A stretch of 36,789 nt of DNA from Candidatus Margulisiibacteriota bacterium (GTDB lineage Bacteria > Margulisbacteria > WOR-1 > XYC2-FULL-46-14 > WPAF01): NCBI GenBank assembly GCA_041648295.1, contig JBAZPF010000002.1, forward strand, positions 1 to 36,789, read 5' to 3'. Shown here piece after piece: positions 22,044 to 30,814 of this stretch. The notes under the pieces are model-generated. The model was not told where the DNA came from. It was given only the letters and a program-made list of their open reading frames with translations, and ran no database searches. The position numbers were made by a program, and so were the translations under genes. Numbering within the stretch: the stretch's first letter is position 1; every line of letters starts with the position of its first letter.

Positions 22044-23242
22044 ACACGCTATTGTATTCCATCTGGGAAGAGATGAAGCAGGCCTGGCGCGCCTTGTTGT
22101 CGAACAAGGTTCGCAGCGCCCTGACCATGCTTGGCGTGATCATCGGCATCTTCTCGGTTATCACGCTGGTGACAATCGGGGAAGGGGCCAAGAGCTACGT
22201 GACCGACCAGATCAAGAACCTGGGGGCCGGTTACGATTCGTTTATCCTGGTGGCCGGCAAGGATACTAACTCTCCGCCTAATCCCAAATTCACCTATGCC
22301 GACATCGCTCATTATAAAAGCCGGGTGCCGGAGATCAAGGATATTGTGGCGTTGAATGTCGGTTCCGGTGACCTCTCGTACGGTAAAAAGACGGTCAAGA
22401 ACGCGGTGGTCATGGGGATGACGGCAAATTCGCTGGAATTAATGGGCGGTAAAATAGCAGCTGGCCGTTATTTCACCCAGGCAGAAGTCGAATCACGGCG
22501 CAAGGTGGCGGTAATCGGTCCCCGGGCGGCAACGGAGCTGTTCGGCGAGAGCAGTCCGCTGGGCGAACGGATCAAGATGGCCGGCAACCAGTACCTGATC
22601 ATCGGCATGAGCGAAGCGCGCGGCAGCATCGGCCCGATGGATATGGACCGGCGGATCACCCTGCCGGTAACGATCGTCAAAAACATGTTCGGCAATTATA
22701 ATATTATGCGTTTTAATATTTTTCCAAAGGATGTCAATAAGCTGGATGAGGTCAAGGAAAAAGTTCGGCTTGTTACTCTGCGCCGTCTGGGCAATGACGA
22801 TTTCCGCTTCATGACCCAACAGGGGATCCTCAATATCGTCAATAATGTCATGGGCGCGCTGACCGGCTTTGTTACCGGGATCGCGGCGATTTCGCTTTTA
22901 GTCGGCGGGATCGGGATCATGAACATCATGCTGGTAGCGGTCAATGAACGGGTCCGAGAGATCGGTGTCAGAAAAGCGATCGGCGCCAAGAGCCGCGACA
23001 TTGTCCTCCAGTTCCTGGTCGAATCGATGATGATCAGCCTGATCGGCGGCATACTCGGCATAATCTTCGGCATACTCGGCGCGTTCCTGATTATGTTTTT
23101 TATCAAAGGGACATTGGTCATTGCCTGGTGGGCAGTGATCATGGCTACGGGAATCTCCGCCGTGGTCGGCATCTTTTTTGGGGTTTATCCGGCTATGAGA
23201 GCGGCAAAGCTTGATCCAGTGGTAGCGTTGCGTTACGAATAA
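22040..23242 (+). CDS. MacB-type ABC permease, paralog 2
   Basis: 400 aa with the same architecture (LLVGGIGIMNIMLVAVNERVREIGVRKAIGAK). It overlaps paralog 1 through ATGA. Confidence 0.85.
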   Translation: MNTLLYSIWEEMKQAWRALLSNKVRSALTMLGVIIGIFSVITLVTIGEGAKSYVTDQIKNLGAGYDSFILVAGKDTNSPPNPKFTYADIAHYKSRVPEIKDIVALNVGSGDLSYGKKTVKNAVVMGMTANSLELMGGKIAAGRYFTQAEVESRRKVAVIGPRAATELFGESSPLGERIKMAGNQYLIIGMSEARGSIGPMDMDRRITLPVTIVKNMFGNYNIMRFNIFPKDVNKLDEVKEKVRLVTLRRLGNDDFRFMTQQGILNIVNNVMGALTGFVTGIAAISLLVGGIGIMNIMLVAVNERVREIGVRKAIGAKSRDIVLQFLVESMMISLIGGILGIIFGILGAFLIMFFIKGTLVIAWWAVIMATGISAVVGIFFGVYPAMRAAKLDPVVALRYE

Positions 23243-23265
23243 ACTATATCTAAAACCCGACATAA

Positions 23266-23299
23266 GATGGAACCTGAGAGTAAAACTCTCGGTTCCATC
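23266..23299. terminator. Hairpin 1 between convergent operons (GATGGAACC-T-GAGAG / TAAAA / CTCTC-GGTTCCATC)
   Basis: A 14-bp stem with one bulge. No canonical U-tract follows, so terminator function is only presumed from the position. Confidence 0.4.
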
Positions 23300-23310
23300 A
23301 AGTGAACAGT

Positions 23311-23350
23311 ATATTTGGAACCGCGACTTTTAGTCGCAGGTTCCAAATAT
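23311..23350. terminator. Hairpin 2 (ATATTTGGAACC-GCGACT / TTT / AGTCGC-A-GGTTCCAAATAT)
   Basis: An 18-bp stem with one bulged A. It shares the GGAACC/GGTTCC outer stem with hairpin 1. Confidence 0.4.
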
Positions 23351-23366
23351 ATATCGAGTCTGGGAG

Positions 23367-23861
23367 CTACATCTCGCTTTTGACAAAATCCCGCAGCGAG
23401 CTCTTCACATTATCATCATAATCGACCAGGATGCTCTTTATCTTTCCGTCTCTGCCGATAGCAATGGTGGTAGGAATGACCAGGATCGAATAACTATTTA
23501 AAGTGGACAGTTTCTTGTCGATCAGGAAATCAAAAGAGAGATTTTGGCCGTTAACATACTCCTTCAAAGTTTTCTGTTTTTTATCAAATGAGATCGCCAG
23601 GACCTCAAGCGAAGACTGGTATAGGGCTGAAAGTTCTTGAAGCGTTTGAAGTTCTTCCTGGCAGGATTTGCTCCAGGAGGCGAAAAATACCAGTATCATG
23701 GGTTTACCCGAAAATTCGGCGATATTTACGTTCTTTCCATCTAAATTGGGCAAAGAAATACCGGGCGGGGCGCTGCCTACGGCAGGCAAGTCGGCCGCAA
23801 TACATGGATTGGCAACTATAAAAGCCGCCATTGCAACCAATAAGAAGCGTTTTATTAACAT
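23367..23861 (-). CDS. TlpA/redoxin-like periplasmic thioredoxin-fold protein with SxxC instead of CxxC
   Basis: 164 aa with a signal peptide. ILVFFASWSKSCQEE aligns to the FWATWCxPC motif, with the first Cys replaced by Ser. Confidence 0.7.
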   Translation of the reverse strand: MLIKRFLLVAMAAFIVANPCIAADLPAVGSAPPGISLPNLDGKNVNIAEFSGKPMILVFFASWSKSCQEELQTLQELSALYQSSLEVLAISFDKKQKTLKEYVNGQNLSFDFLIDKKLSTLNSYSILVIPTTIAIGRDGKIKSILVDYDDNVKSSLRDFVKSEM

Positions 23862-23862
23862 A

Positions 23863-24588
23863 TCAATCTATTTTAAAGACCGAATCGGAGATCCCTTCAT
23901 TGACTTTAATATTTTCAAATCTCATTTCGGCCTTCATTTTCCCGCCTGGCAGTTTAACCTCGGATACGCTCTTTGATATGACCCAGATATTATTTATTTT
24001 TGCATATTCAATATCGGAAGTTGAAACCACGCCTCCGGTCGGATTATAGATTTCAATTTTCACCGGCAGATAGCGGTCAGTATCAACATAAAAATTAACT
24101 TTGCCCAGAAACTTGTTCGCTTTTTTGGGATTTCCTTCTATTATAATTTGCTTTCCGCTTGATTTAACCAGCTTCAGGTTAAAGAAATCATACATCTTCT
24201 TTTTGTCCATGGTCTTGGACCCCTGCCCCAGGTCGACCTGGCCGTTCTTTTCCCTCAATTTTTTAAGGTCCTGGACAAATTTTTGTCCGGTAGCGGGATC
24301 GATCATCGCCATCTTATCCCCTGAAGTAATGGTTACCTGTTTTACCGGCTCGATCATTTCCATTTTGCTTTTGTCGTCGCCCTTGACCCAGATCTTTCCT
24401 TTTTGCCGGCTTTCTTTTTTCTCTTTCATTTCGGCCTTGATCACGGTTATCACATCCGCCTGCATATCCTTGATCAACGATTGATTGGTCGCTATTTTAT
24501 TTAAAACATCTTCAACCCCCGGATCAACGCCCCAGGCCGCATAAGCTATTACCAAACAAATCACGATCGCAAAAATCTTTTTTAACAT
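23863..24588 (-). CDS. LolA-like outer-membrane lipoprotein-sorting family protein
   Basis: 241 aa with a signal peptide. The pattern is typical of LolA-like/COG2834 proteins (...IKDMQADVITVIKA...GKIWVKGDDKSKMEM...). Confidence 0.6.
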   Translation of the reverse strand: MLKKIFAIVICLVIAYAAWGVDPGVEDVLNKIATNQSLIKDMQADVITVIKAEMKEKKESRQKGKIWVKGDDKSKMEMIEPVKQVTITSGDKMAMIDPATGQKFVQDLKKLREKNGQVDLGQGSKTMDKKKMYDFFNLKLVKSSGKQIIIEGNPKKANKFLGKVNFYVDTDRYLPVKIEIYNPTGGVVSTSDIEYAKINNIWVISKSVSEVKLPGGKMKAEMRFENIKVNEGISDSVFKID

Positions 24589-24589
24589 T

Positions 24590-25537
24590 TTATACCGTCC
24601 TTCTTTTTACTATCGGAGTTATTTTTTTCTTTTCACATCCGTCGTCGCGGGTGGCTTCGACCGGTATCGCCTGTTCGCCGTCCGGAAAAGCGTACCTGGC
24701 GGAAAATGTCCCGTCAGACCTCAATTTTACCGGAGATCCCTGTATGGTAACGCTGGCAGTAGGCTCGGTCGCGCCGTAAACTATAACCTCGCAGTTCGCT
24801 ACCAGCCAGAAAGGCCTCGGCTGCTTCGGCCTGACCGGGGAAAACAGCGATGACACTCCCGGAGAAGAAATCTGCTGCAACAGCCTCTTTTCCATCATCT
24901 GCCGTAATTCCAAAGATCCCTGCCCAACCCTGAAACCGCCGGACAGGGCGTACATCCTTTCCCAATCCGGGATCATCCACTCTTCATCGATAACTTCCGA
25001 CATGCTGTCCCGCGGCGTTACCACCACATTGCTTCTGGCCGCGCAGATAAAAATTCCTTCCGCCGTTAAAAAACCGACGTCGACGCAATACGAAGTATTG
25101 GGCCGCCCCACATTTATGTACCAATTACCCGCAAGTCCATGGACCGGCAGGTCAAAAAAGTTCCAGTTTTGGGCGTCATATACTCTAAGTATTAATTTCG
25201 CCTGATCGAATTTAGCTCCCAGTTCCGACCTGATCTCCTGCAGTTTATTTTGGTTAATCTCCCAATAAGCGTAAATCCAGTAAGGATCCCGGACCATTAT
25301 AACTATCCGGTTATCTCCATACCCCTGCGGAAGTTCATAAGGCCTGGCCCCGGAAAATTTCTGGATCACGGGGCCGGAATAATACTTGCTTTCCTCCGCC
25401 CGTTCTTCGCCCCTTAAATTCATTTCCGGAGCGGCAAGAGCCGCCTTTTTCTTTCCCGGCTTCTTTATTTGAGCTTTTACGGAGCTTGGCTGTCTCGTTT
25501 TCTTTGACTTGACGACCGCTCTCTTCCTTACCGGCAT
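24590..25537 (-). CDS. DUF4912 domain protein
   Basis: 315 aa with a Lys-rich N-terminus. RDPYWIYAYWEINQNKLQEI matches the DUF4912 hallmark as I recall it. This family is commonly found next to GH57 genes. Confidence 0.65.
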   Translation of the reverse strand: MPVRKRAVVKSKKTRQPSSVKAQIKKPGKKKAALAAPEMNLRGEERAEESKYYSGPVIQKFSGARPYELPQGYGDNRIVIMVRDPYWIYAYWEINQNKLQEIRSELGAKFDQAKLILRVYDAQNWNFFDLPVHGLAGNWYINVGRPNTSYCVDVGFLTAEGIFICAARSNVVVTPRDSMSEVIDEEWMIPDWERMYALSGGFRVGQGSLELRQMMEKRLLQQISSPGVSSLFSPVRPKQPRPFWLVANCEVIVYGATEPTASVTIQGSPVKLRSDGTFSARYAFPDGEQAIPVEATRDDGCEKKKITPIVKRRTV

Positions 25538-25548
25538 TCTATGCCTCC

Positions 25549-26583
25549 TTAGATGATCTCGCTCAAATATTTTGCCGCTTCTTCAGGCGAAGTAGGATTA
25601 ATGTACAGGCCCGATCCCCATTCAAAACCGGCCTGCTTTGTTAACCGGGGGATGATCTCAAAATGCCAGTGGAAATCGTAACTTATCGTTCCCCAGTAAT
25701 CCGGCTTGCCGGGCCTGGGAACGGAATTTGGAGCCGTATGGATGACAAAATTATACGGAGGATCGTTTAATGTCTTTTTCAACCTGGTTAAAATGTCCTT
25801 TAAGCAGCGCGCCAGCTGCAGCCTCTCCTCATCCGCCAGTTCCTGAAAATTGGCGTGGTGGCGGCGGGGAAAGACCCAGGTCTCAAAAGGAAAGCGCGAA
25901 GCAAACGGAGCAAAAGCCACAAAATACTCATTTTCATAGACCATGCGCTCGCCGGAACCCAATTCCTGGCGGATCATGTCGCAAAATAGGCACCTTTCCT
26001 TTTCGTGGAAGTAAGTGCGCGAATTTTGAAGTTCGAGTTTAACGTATCTTGGCGTTATCGGCGTAGCGATCAGCTGCGAATGGGGATGGTTAAGCGAGGC
26101 GCCGGCCGCGCTGCCGTAATTCTTGAAAACAAGTATATACCGGAACCTTTTGTCTTTCTCAAGATCGGTAAGACGCTGCTTATACGCCCAAAGGACCTTT
26201 TCGATGTGGCTTTCTTCCATGTCGGCCATGGTGACGTTATGGTCAGGAGTTTCTACGATCACCTCATGCGCGCCAATGCCCGACATCATGTCAAATATGC
26301 CTATTCCGGAGCGGTTGACATCGCCCTCGATCACCAGCGCGGGGAATTTGTTCGGTATGACCCTTACCTGCCAGCCAGGCTTGTTCGGTTGAGTGTCGGA
26401 CCTTCTCCAGGCAATTATCTCGGGCGGCGTTTTATCTTCATTGCCTTCGCACATCGGGCATTTGCTGGTATCTTCTTTGGCCGCGGCAACGGTCGATCCT
26501 CCAAAATCAGAAGGCCGGCGGCCCCGTTCCGTCGAGATCACAACCCAGCGGTCGGAAATGGGACATTTGCGTAATTCAGGCAT
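25549..26583 (-). CDS. galT: Galactose-1-phosphate uridylyltransferase (HIT superfamily)
   Basis: 344 aa with the zinc motif CPMCEG and the active-site motif LNHPHSQ (HxHxQ). Confidence 0.85.
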   Translation of the reverse strand: MPELRKCPISDRWVVISTERGRRPSDFGGSTVAAAKEDTSKCPMCEGNEDKTPPEIIAWRRSDTQPNKPGWQVRVIPNKFPALVIEGDVNRSGIGIFDMMSGIGAHEVIVETPDHNVTMADMEESHIEKVLWAYKQRLTDLEKDKRFRYILVFKNYGSAAGASLNHPHSQLIATPITPRYVKLELQNSRTYFHEKERCLFCDMIRQELGSGERMVYENEYFVAFAPFASRFPFETWVFPRRHHANFQELADEERLQLARCLKDILTRLKKTLNDPPYNFVIHTAPNSVPRPGKPDYWGTISYDFHWHFEIIPRLTKQAGFEWGSGLYINPTSPEEAAKYLSEII

Positions 26584-26584
26584 T

Positions 26585-28636
26585 TTAGCTCTCCATTCTT
26601 ATCACAATTTTATTGGTCCACTTGCCTTGAGGCTCAAGCTCGAGATCAAAACCAAAAAGCAGGCAGGTCCCCTGATAAGTTCTTTCAAATCCGCCTTCGG
26701 ACTGCGATACCGTCTCGATCGGAAACCAGAAAAGTTTGCTTTCCTTTTCCAGCCCCAATGATACACTAAAACCTTTCCATTCGTCAATGAGCTTGACTTC
26801 AAATACTTCATTTTTTTTGCCCGAACTGTTCATCTTTAATTTATCGTCAGACCCGGAAATTATGATCGCCCGGTCGGGCGCGTCCGGGGCAAGAAGAGTG
26901 AGGTTGAATTCAACGCCAAAAAGGGCGTGTATTTTCTTTTCGGAAAGATTGGTCACTTCGTATTCAACGTTCAGGATGCTCTGCCCCGCCATTAACGACG
27001 CCAATTTATTAACGGATACGGAATGTCCGTCCACCCTGCCGGTCCTTGAAAAATTGACCGACGCTTCATCTCCCTTGCGGTGGGGGAAAAAATTATAGGC
27101 CCCTTCCGCAAAATCGCCGAGCTCAAAATAATTTTCGTCCTTCAGCGCTTCGAGATCGGTGTCGACCGGCATAAAATGGTCGACCAGCGAAATACGGCGG
27201 CGCCGGCGGTCATATTTTAAAAATTTTTCTATTCCGCTTTCCTTTACGCTGATGAGGTCATGGATGCTTTTGGTCCCGCCGCCGACTTTAACATTTTCTT
27301 TCGGCGTCTCAAGGATCTTTTTATGGTAAGGCTCGGGACGGCGGGTAAGCACATTGGTGAGGTTAAATGCTTTTGGCCGGTAATCAAGTTCAAAAAGCCC
27401 GCCTCCGGACTTCGGGGAAAGGTAAACGTTCAGGTACGGGTTGGACATCAGCACTTCTTCCGAACCGTCCTTGTCAAAATCGGTGACTAATATTTCGGTA
27501 AAATTCTTGTTCCCTCTTTGCAATTTTTGAATGATGTTCTCCGCTTTTATCAGATGTTCATAAACCGCGTCCCTCAAATAGGACAGGTATAAGCCGCCAA
27601 ATACGCCGTGCCAGTAAGCGCAGTTGCATTGGCCCATGTAAAGCTCGCGCTCCGCGAGGGTGGTCAGCTTTTGCCGGTCTTCAGAAGTTTCCGACTTTTT
27701 TATGGTCTGGAGTTTGGAGCTTATCAAAAGCATCTTCTTATGCATGTTGTTCGATTCCGGATACTTGACGAAAAAGTTCCTGAAATATCCTCCGGACCAT
27801 TCGATCATCTCGGCGTAAGAAGCGGAAGGCAGATATACCTGGCCGAGAGCGGGATATTCGTCAAGGTATTCTGAAAATGTCATCGGCCTTATCCAGTCAA
27901 GATTATCTTCCAGCATCTTTAATAAATTTTCAAGGTACCCATCCTGGTAGACCCACTTATGAGTGCCGGGCCACACTCCGAATTTTTCGCCGTCATCGGC
28001 CAGGATCGCGGCTTTCCTGCCGTCATCCGAAGCTATCCCCCGCAGGAATTTGATGGTCTCTTCCGGCATTTTAAACGGAATGAGGTACCTCAACTCTTTG
28101 CTTATCGGAAAAACATTCAGCATCGCGCCCTGCTCTTCGGTCACATAGTATCCATACAGATCTTCCTTTTTAAACCCGGCGGAAAAGAAATGGAAATCGT
28201 CGACGGTCACATATTCAATTCCCGCTTCAGACAGGATCTTCGGCAGGTGCGGCTCCCAGATCCGTTCGGTCAGCCAGAGGCCGCGCGGCGACTGTTTAAA
28301 ATTTTTCTTTATGAAGTCGGTCTGCATCTTTATCTGGCCGAGCTTGTCGGCATCCGGTATGATCGGGATGATCGGCTCATAATAACCGGCGGTCATCACC
28401 TCGACCTGCCCGCGCTTTACCAGTTTGTTGATCAAGTCGATGAATTCAGGGTGCTTTTTCAAGAACCAGTCATAAAGTATGCCGCTGTAATGGACGGAAA
28501 ATTTAATCCGGGGATGGCATTCGAGCGTTTCAATGAACGGACGGTAGCAGTTTTCAAACGATTCGTCGAATATGTGCTCAAAATTACCGACCGGTTGGTG
28601 ACAGTGTATCCCAAACAGGAAATTTATTTTTTTCAT
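26585..28636 (-). CDS. GH57-family enzyme, 4-alpha-glucanotransferase/alpha-amylase-like
   Basis: 683 aa. The N-terminal FGIHCHQPVGNF is typical of GH57, and the size resembles archaeal GH57 4-alpha-glucanotransferases. Confidence 0.8.
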   Translation of the reverse strand: MKKINFLFGIHCHQPVGNFEHIFDESFENCYRPFIETLECHPRIKFSVHYSGILYDWFLKKHPEFIDLINKLVKRGQVEVMTAGYYEPIIPIIPDADKLGQIKMQTDFIKKNFKQSPRGLWLTERIWEPHLPKILSEAGIEYVTVDDFHFFSAGFKKEDLYGYYVTEEQGAMLNVFPISKELRYLIPFKMPEETIKFLRGIASDDGRKAAILADDGEKFGVWPGTHKWVYQDGYLENLLKMLEDNLDWIRPMTFSEYLDEYPALGQVYLPSASYAEMIEWSGGYFRNFFVKYPESNNMHKKMLLISSKLQTIKKSETSEDRQKLTTLAERELYMGQCNCAYWHGVFGGLYLSYLRDAVYEHLIKAENIIQKLQRGNKNFTEILVTDFDKDGSEEVLMSNPYLNVYLSPKSGGGLFELDYRPKAFNLTNVLTRRPEPYHKKILETPKENVKVGGGTKSIHDLISVKESGIEKFLKYDRRRRRISLVDHFMPVDTDLEALKDENYFELGDFAEGAYNFFPHRKGDEASVNFSRTGRVDGHSVSVNKLASLMAGQSILNVEYEVTNLSEKKIHALFGVEFNLTLLAPDAPDRAIIISGSDDKLKMNSSGKKNEVFEVKLIDEWKGFSVSLGLEKESKLFWFPIETVSQSEGGFERTYQGTCLLFGFDLELEPQGKWTNKIVIRMES

Positions 28637-28640
28637 TTCT

Positions 28641-28680
28641 CTGATCTCCTGATAATCTGATACTCTGATATTCTCATACT
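28641..28680. repeat. 8-bp-period array, CTGATAWT type (5 units), filling the spacer between the two GH57 genes
   Basis: ctgatctc ctgataat ctgatact ctgatatt ctcatact. On the - strand the last units form the SD AGGAG, 9 nt before ATG 28636. Confidence 0.9.
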
Positions 28681-30814
28681 ATACGCTCCACTGCTCCATT
28701 TCATAGGTTGTGGTGGGGGCTTTTAGCGATATCACGCCACCCCTCGGCCACCTTTCGAGCTCCTTGCCGTCTTTCATTATCACAATGCAGAATTGAAGCT
28801 CGTCCCCCGGGTTTATCCCAAGATCGGAAAAGGGAATTGAGAACTCAACGATCTTTTTGATCGCAAATGAATTCATTTTTTTTATCTCTTCCCAATTCTC
28901 TTCCCGCCCCATCCGGCATAATACCATTTCATTATTATTGATCTCGGCTTTCATTTCATTGGGCGTATAAGTGATCAGGCCGAAAGAAAACTGTTTTGGT
29001 TCTTCATTTATAAAATCTATTTGACAGTCAAGCCTGATAAAAAGTTCCGTCCGGCTGAAGCCATAATAGAAAGCCTTGAGTAAAGTGTCGATTTGATGCA
29101 TCGCCCCTTTTGATTTTTCAACATCAAAATACCCGGCCGACAGCCATTCGTAATAATTGGTCACCACCCCGTCGATCTCCGGATTTATCAAATAGACCGG
29201 TTCGCGGGTGGGCTTGAAGGTTTTTACGCTCTTGATCGGCTTATCAAGATATTTGGGAGCTTCTTTGCCGAGAAGCTGATAAATGTTCTTTAAATGTTTG
29301 CGGTACAGGGAATCAAAGGCTTCATCGTTTTCCGAAGAATGGTCGTCGCCATACCACCAGCACCAGTCGGAACCTTCCGCGATATATAATTCCTGCCAGG
29401 CCAGGGCGTTGTCCGTTCCCTCAATGACCGCGCGGACGCGCGCCAGATAATCCCAGGCAAGATTGTCTTCTTCATGCCCGATCCAAATCCGGAAATTATT
29501 ATTGATCCATGAAGCCGCGAACAGCCGGTTGATCCGGTCAGGCGAAGGATTGTTCGCCATATAATCTTTCGGCCTGGTCGTTATTATATTGTGGTCGGAA
29601 GCTATCCGCTGGTAAAATTCGCGCAGAAATTCTTCCCCGCCGTCTTTATAATATTCCCAGGCGTTTTCTCCGTCCAATATGACGGTAACCAGATAATTTC
29701 TTCCGTCCGACGGCAGGCTGGCGCGGATATTGTGCAGATGCTTAATAAAATCGTTGGCGGAGTCCTTTGCTCTCCATCTCTGGTATACAAAACCTACCTG
29801 ATCAGACAAGAAGTGATTGCGGAATATAATATTTAACTGGTCGCCGACGGCATACGGTTTATATAATTCATTTGAGGCCAGCTGGCGCGGCACGTTCAGC
29901 GAAGAAGCCAGCACGCTTTCGTCGGTCGCGATCCATTTTATCCCCGCGTCTTTTAAAAGAGGCAAGATCTGTTCGGAAACGCTGCCCTCGGACGGCCACA
30001 TTCCCGCCGGTTTTTCTCCGAAATGGGCTTCATGGAAGGCAACCGCCGATTCTATCTGATGTTTCGCGTCTTCGGGATGCTGGTAGCGGACCGAAGGAAG
30101 GTTAATATGAGGCATTGATTCCTTGGCCGCGTTGGTATCGCATATCAAAGGAAGGATCGGATGGTAAAACGGCGAGGTGGTCAGCTCTATCTGGCCGCGC
30201 GCCGCCAGTTCTTTGTACTTCGGCATGGTCAAAGACATTATTTCTTTCTGTTTGGCCAGCACCGCCCTTTTATCTTCCGCGGAAAAATTCTTTCCTTTTT
30301 CGATCATGGCTTTTACGACCGGGTCCTTTTTGCGGTAGTTAAATCCGAACCAGCTCAAGTTAAACCAGACCTGGAGGTCCATTATTTCCTGCGCGCTTAA
30401 CCGGGTGGCAACGCGGGTCAGCTCGGAAATTGACGAAAAGCGGCCTCTCTTCAGGAGAAGGTCATGGTAGCGGCGGTACGGCTTGATCATTACTTCCCAG
30501 TTCGTCATGAAAAAATTCTTAAGTATGTAGACTATTTCTTCCGTAGTGAGGTCTTTCGGGTCTTTTTCCGAAAGCAAAAGGCTTTTGTCTTTGGCGTCAT
30601 TCTGCACATAATCCTCTATCTGCGAAAAAAGCGACGGCACCAGGTTGAAAGTCGCTTTTACGTTCGGATAATCGTCAAGGATAGCCACCATATCATAATA
30701 ATCTTTCGCGCAGTGTAATCTTACCCAGGGAAGAATGTATTCGCCCGTAACGAGGTCTTTGTAATAAGGCTGATGCATATGCCAGATGATGGCAAGATAG
30801 ATCGGATTATTCAT
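28679..30814 (-). CDS. GH57-family glycoside hydrolase (amylopullulanase/alpha-amylase-like)
   Basis: 711 aa with the N-terminal GH57 block IIWHMHQPYYKD. Confidence 0.8.
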   Translation of the reverse strand: MNNPIYLAIIWHMHQPYYKDLVTGEYILPWVRLHCAKDYYDMVAILDDYPNVKATFNLVPSLFSQIEDYVQNDAKDKSLLLSEKDPKDLTTEEIVYILKNFFMTNWEVMIKPYRRYHDLLLKRGRFSSISELTRVATRLSAQEIMDLQVWFNLSWFGFNYRKKDPVVKAMIEKGKNFSAEDKRAVLAKQKEIMSLTMPKYKELAARGQIELTTSPFYHPILPLICDTNAAKESMPHINLPSVRYQHPEDAKHQIESAVAFHEAHFGEKPAGMWPSEGSVSEQILPLLKDAGIKWIATDESVLASSLNVPRQLASNELYKPYAVGDQLNIIFRNHFLSDQVGFVYQRWRAKDSANDFIKHLHNIRASLPSDGRNYLVTVILDGENAWEYYKDGGEEFLREFYQRIASDHNIITTRPKDYMANNPSPDRINRLFAASWINNNFRIWIGHEEDNLAWDYLARVRAVIEGTDNALAWQELYIAEGSDWCWWYGDDHSSENDEAFDSLYRKHLKNIYQLLGKEAPKYLDKPIKSVKTFKPTREPVYLINPEIDGVVTNYYEWLSAGYFDVEKSKGAMHQIDTLLKAFYYGFSRTELFIRLDCQIDFINEEPKQFSFGLITYTPNEMKAEINNNEMVLCRMGREENWEEIKKMNSFAIKKIVEFSIPFSDLGINPGDELQFCIVIMKDGKELERWPRGGVISLKAPTTTYEMEQWSV

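Noticed and set aside
25770-28660. Plus-strand ORFs inside galT and the GH57 gene (26005-26574 at 189 aa; 27959-28660 at 233 aa).
   Set aside because: They are antisense to genes with clear catalytic motifs, and their Arg/Gly/Phe-rich composition is implausible.
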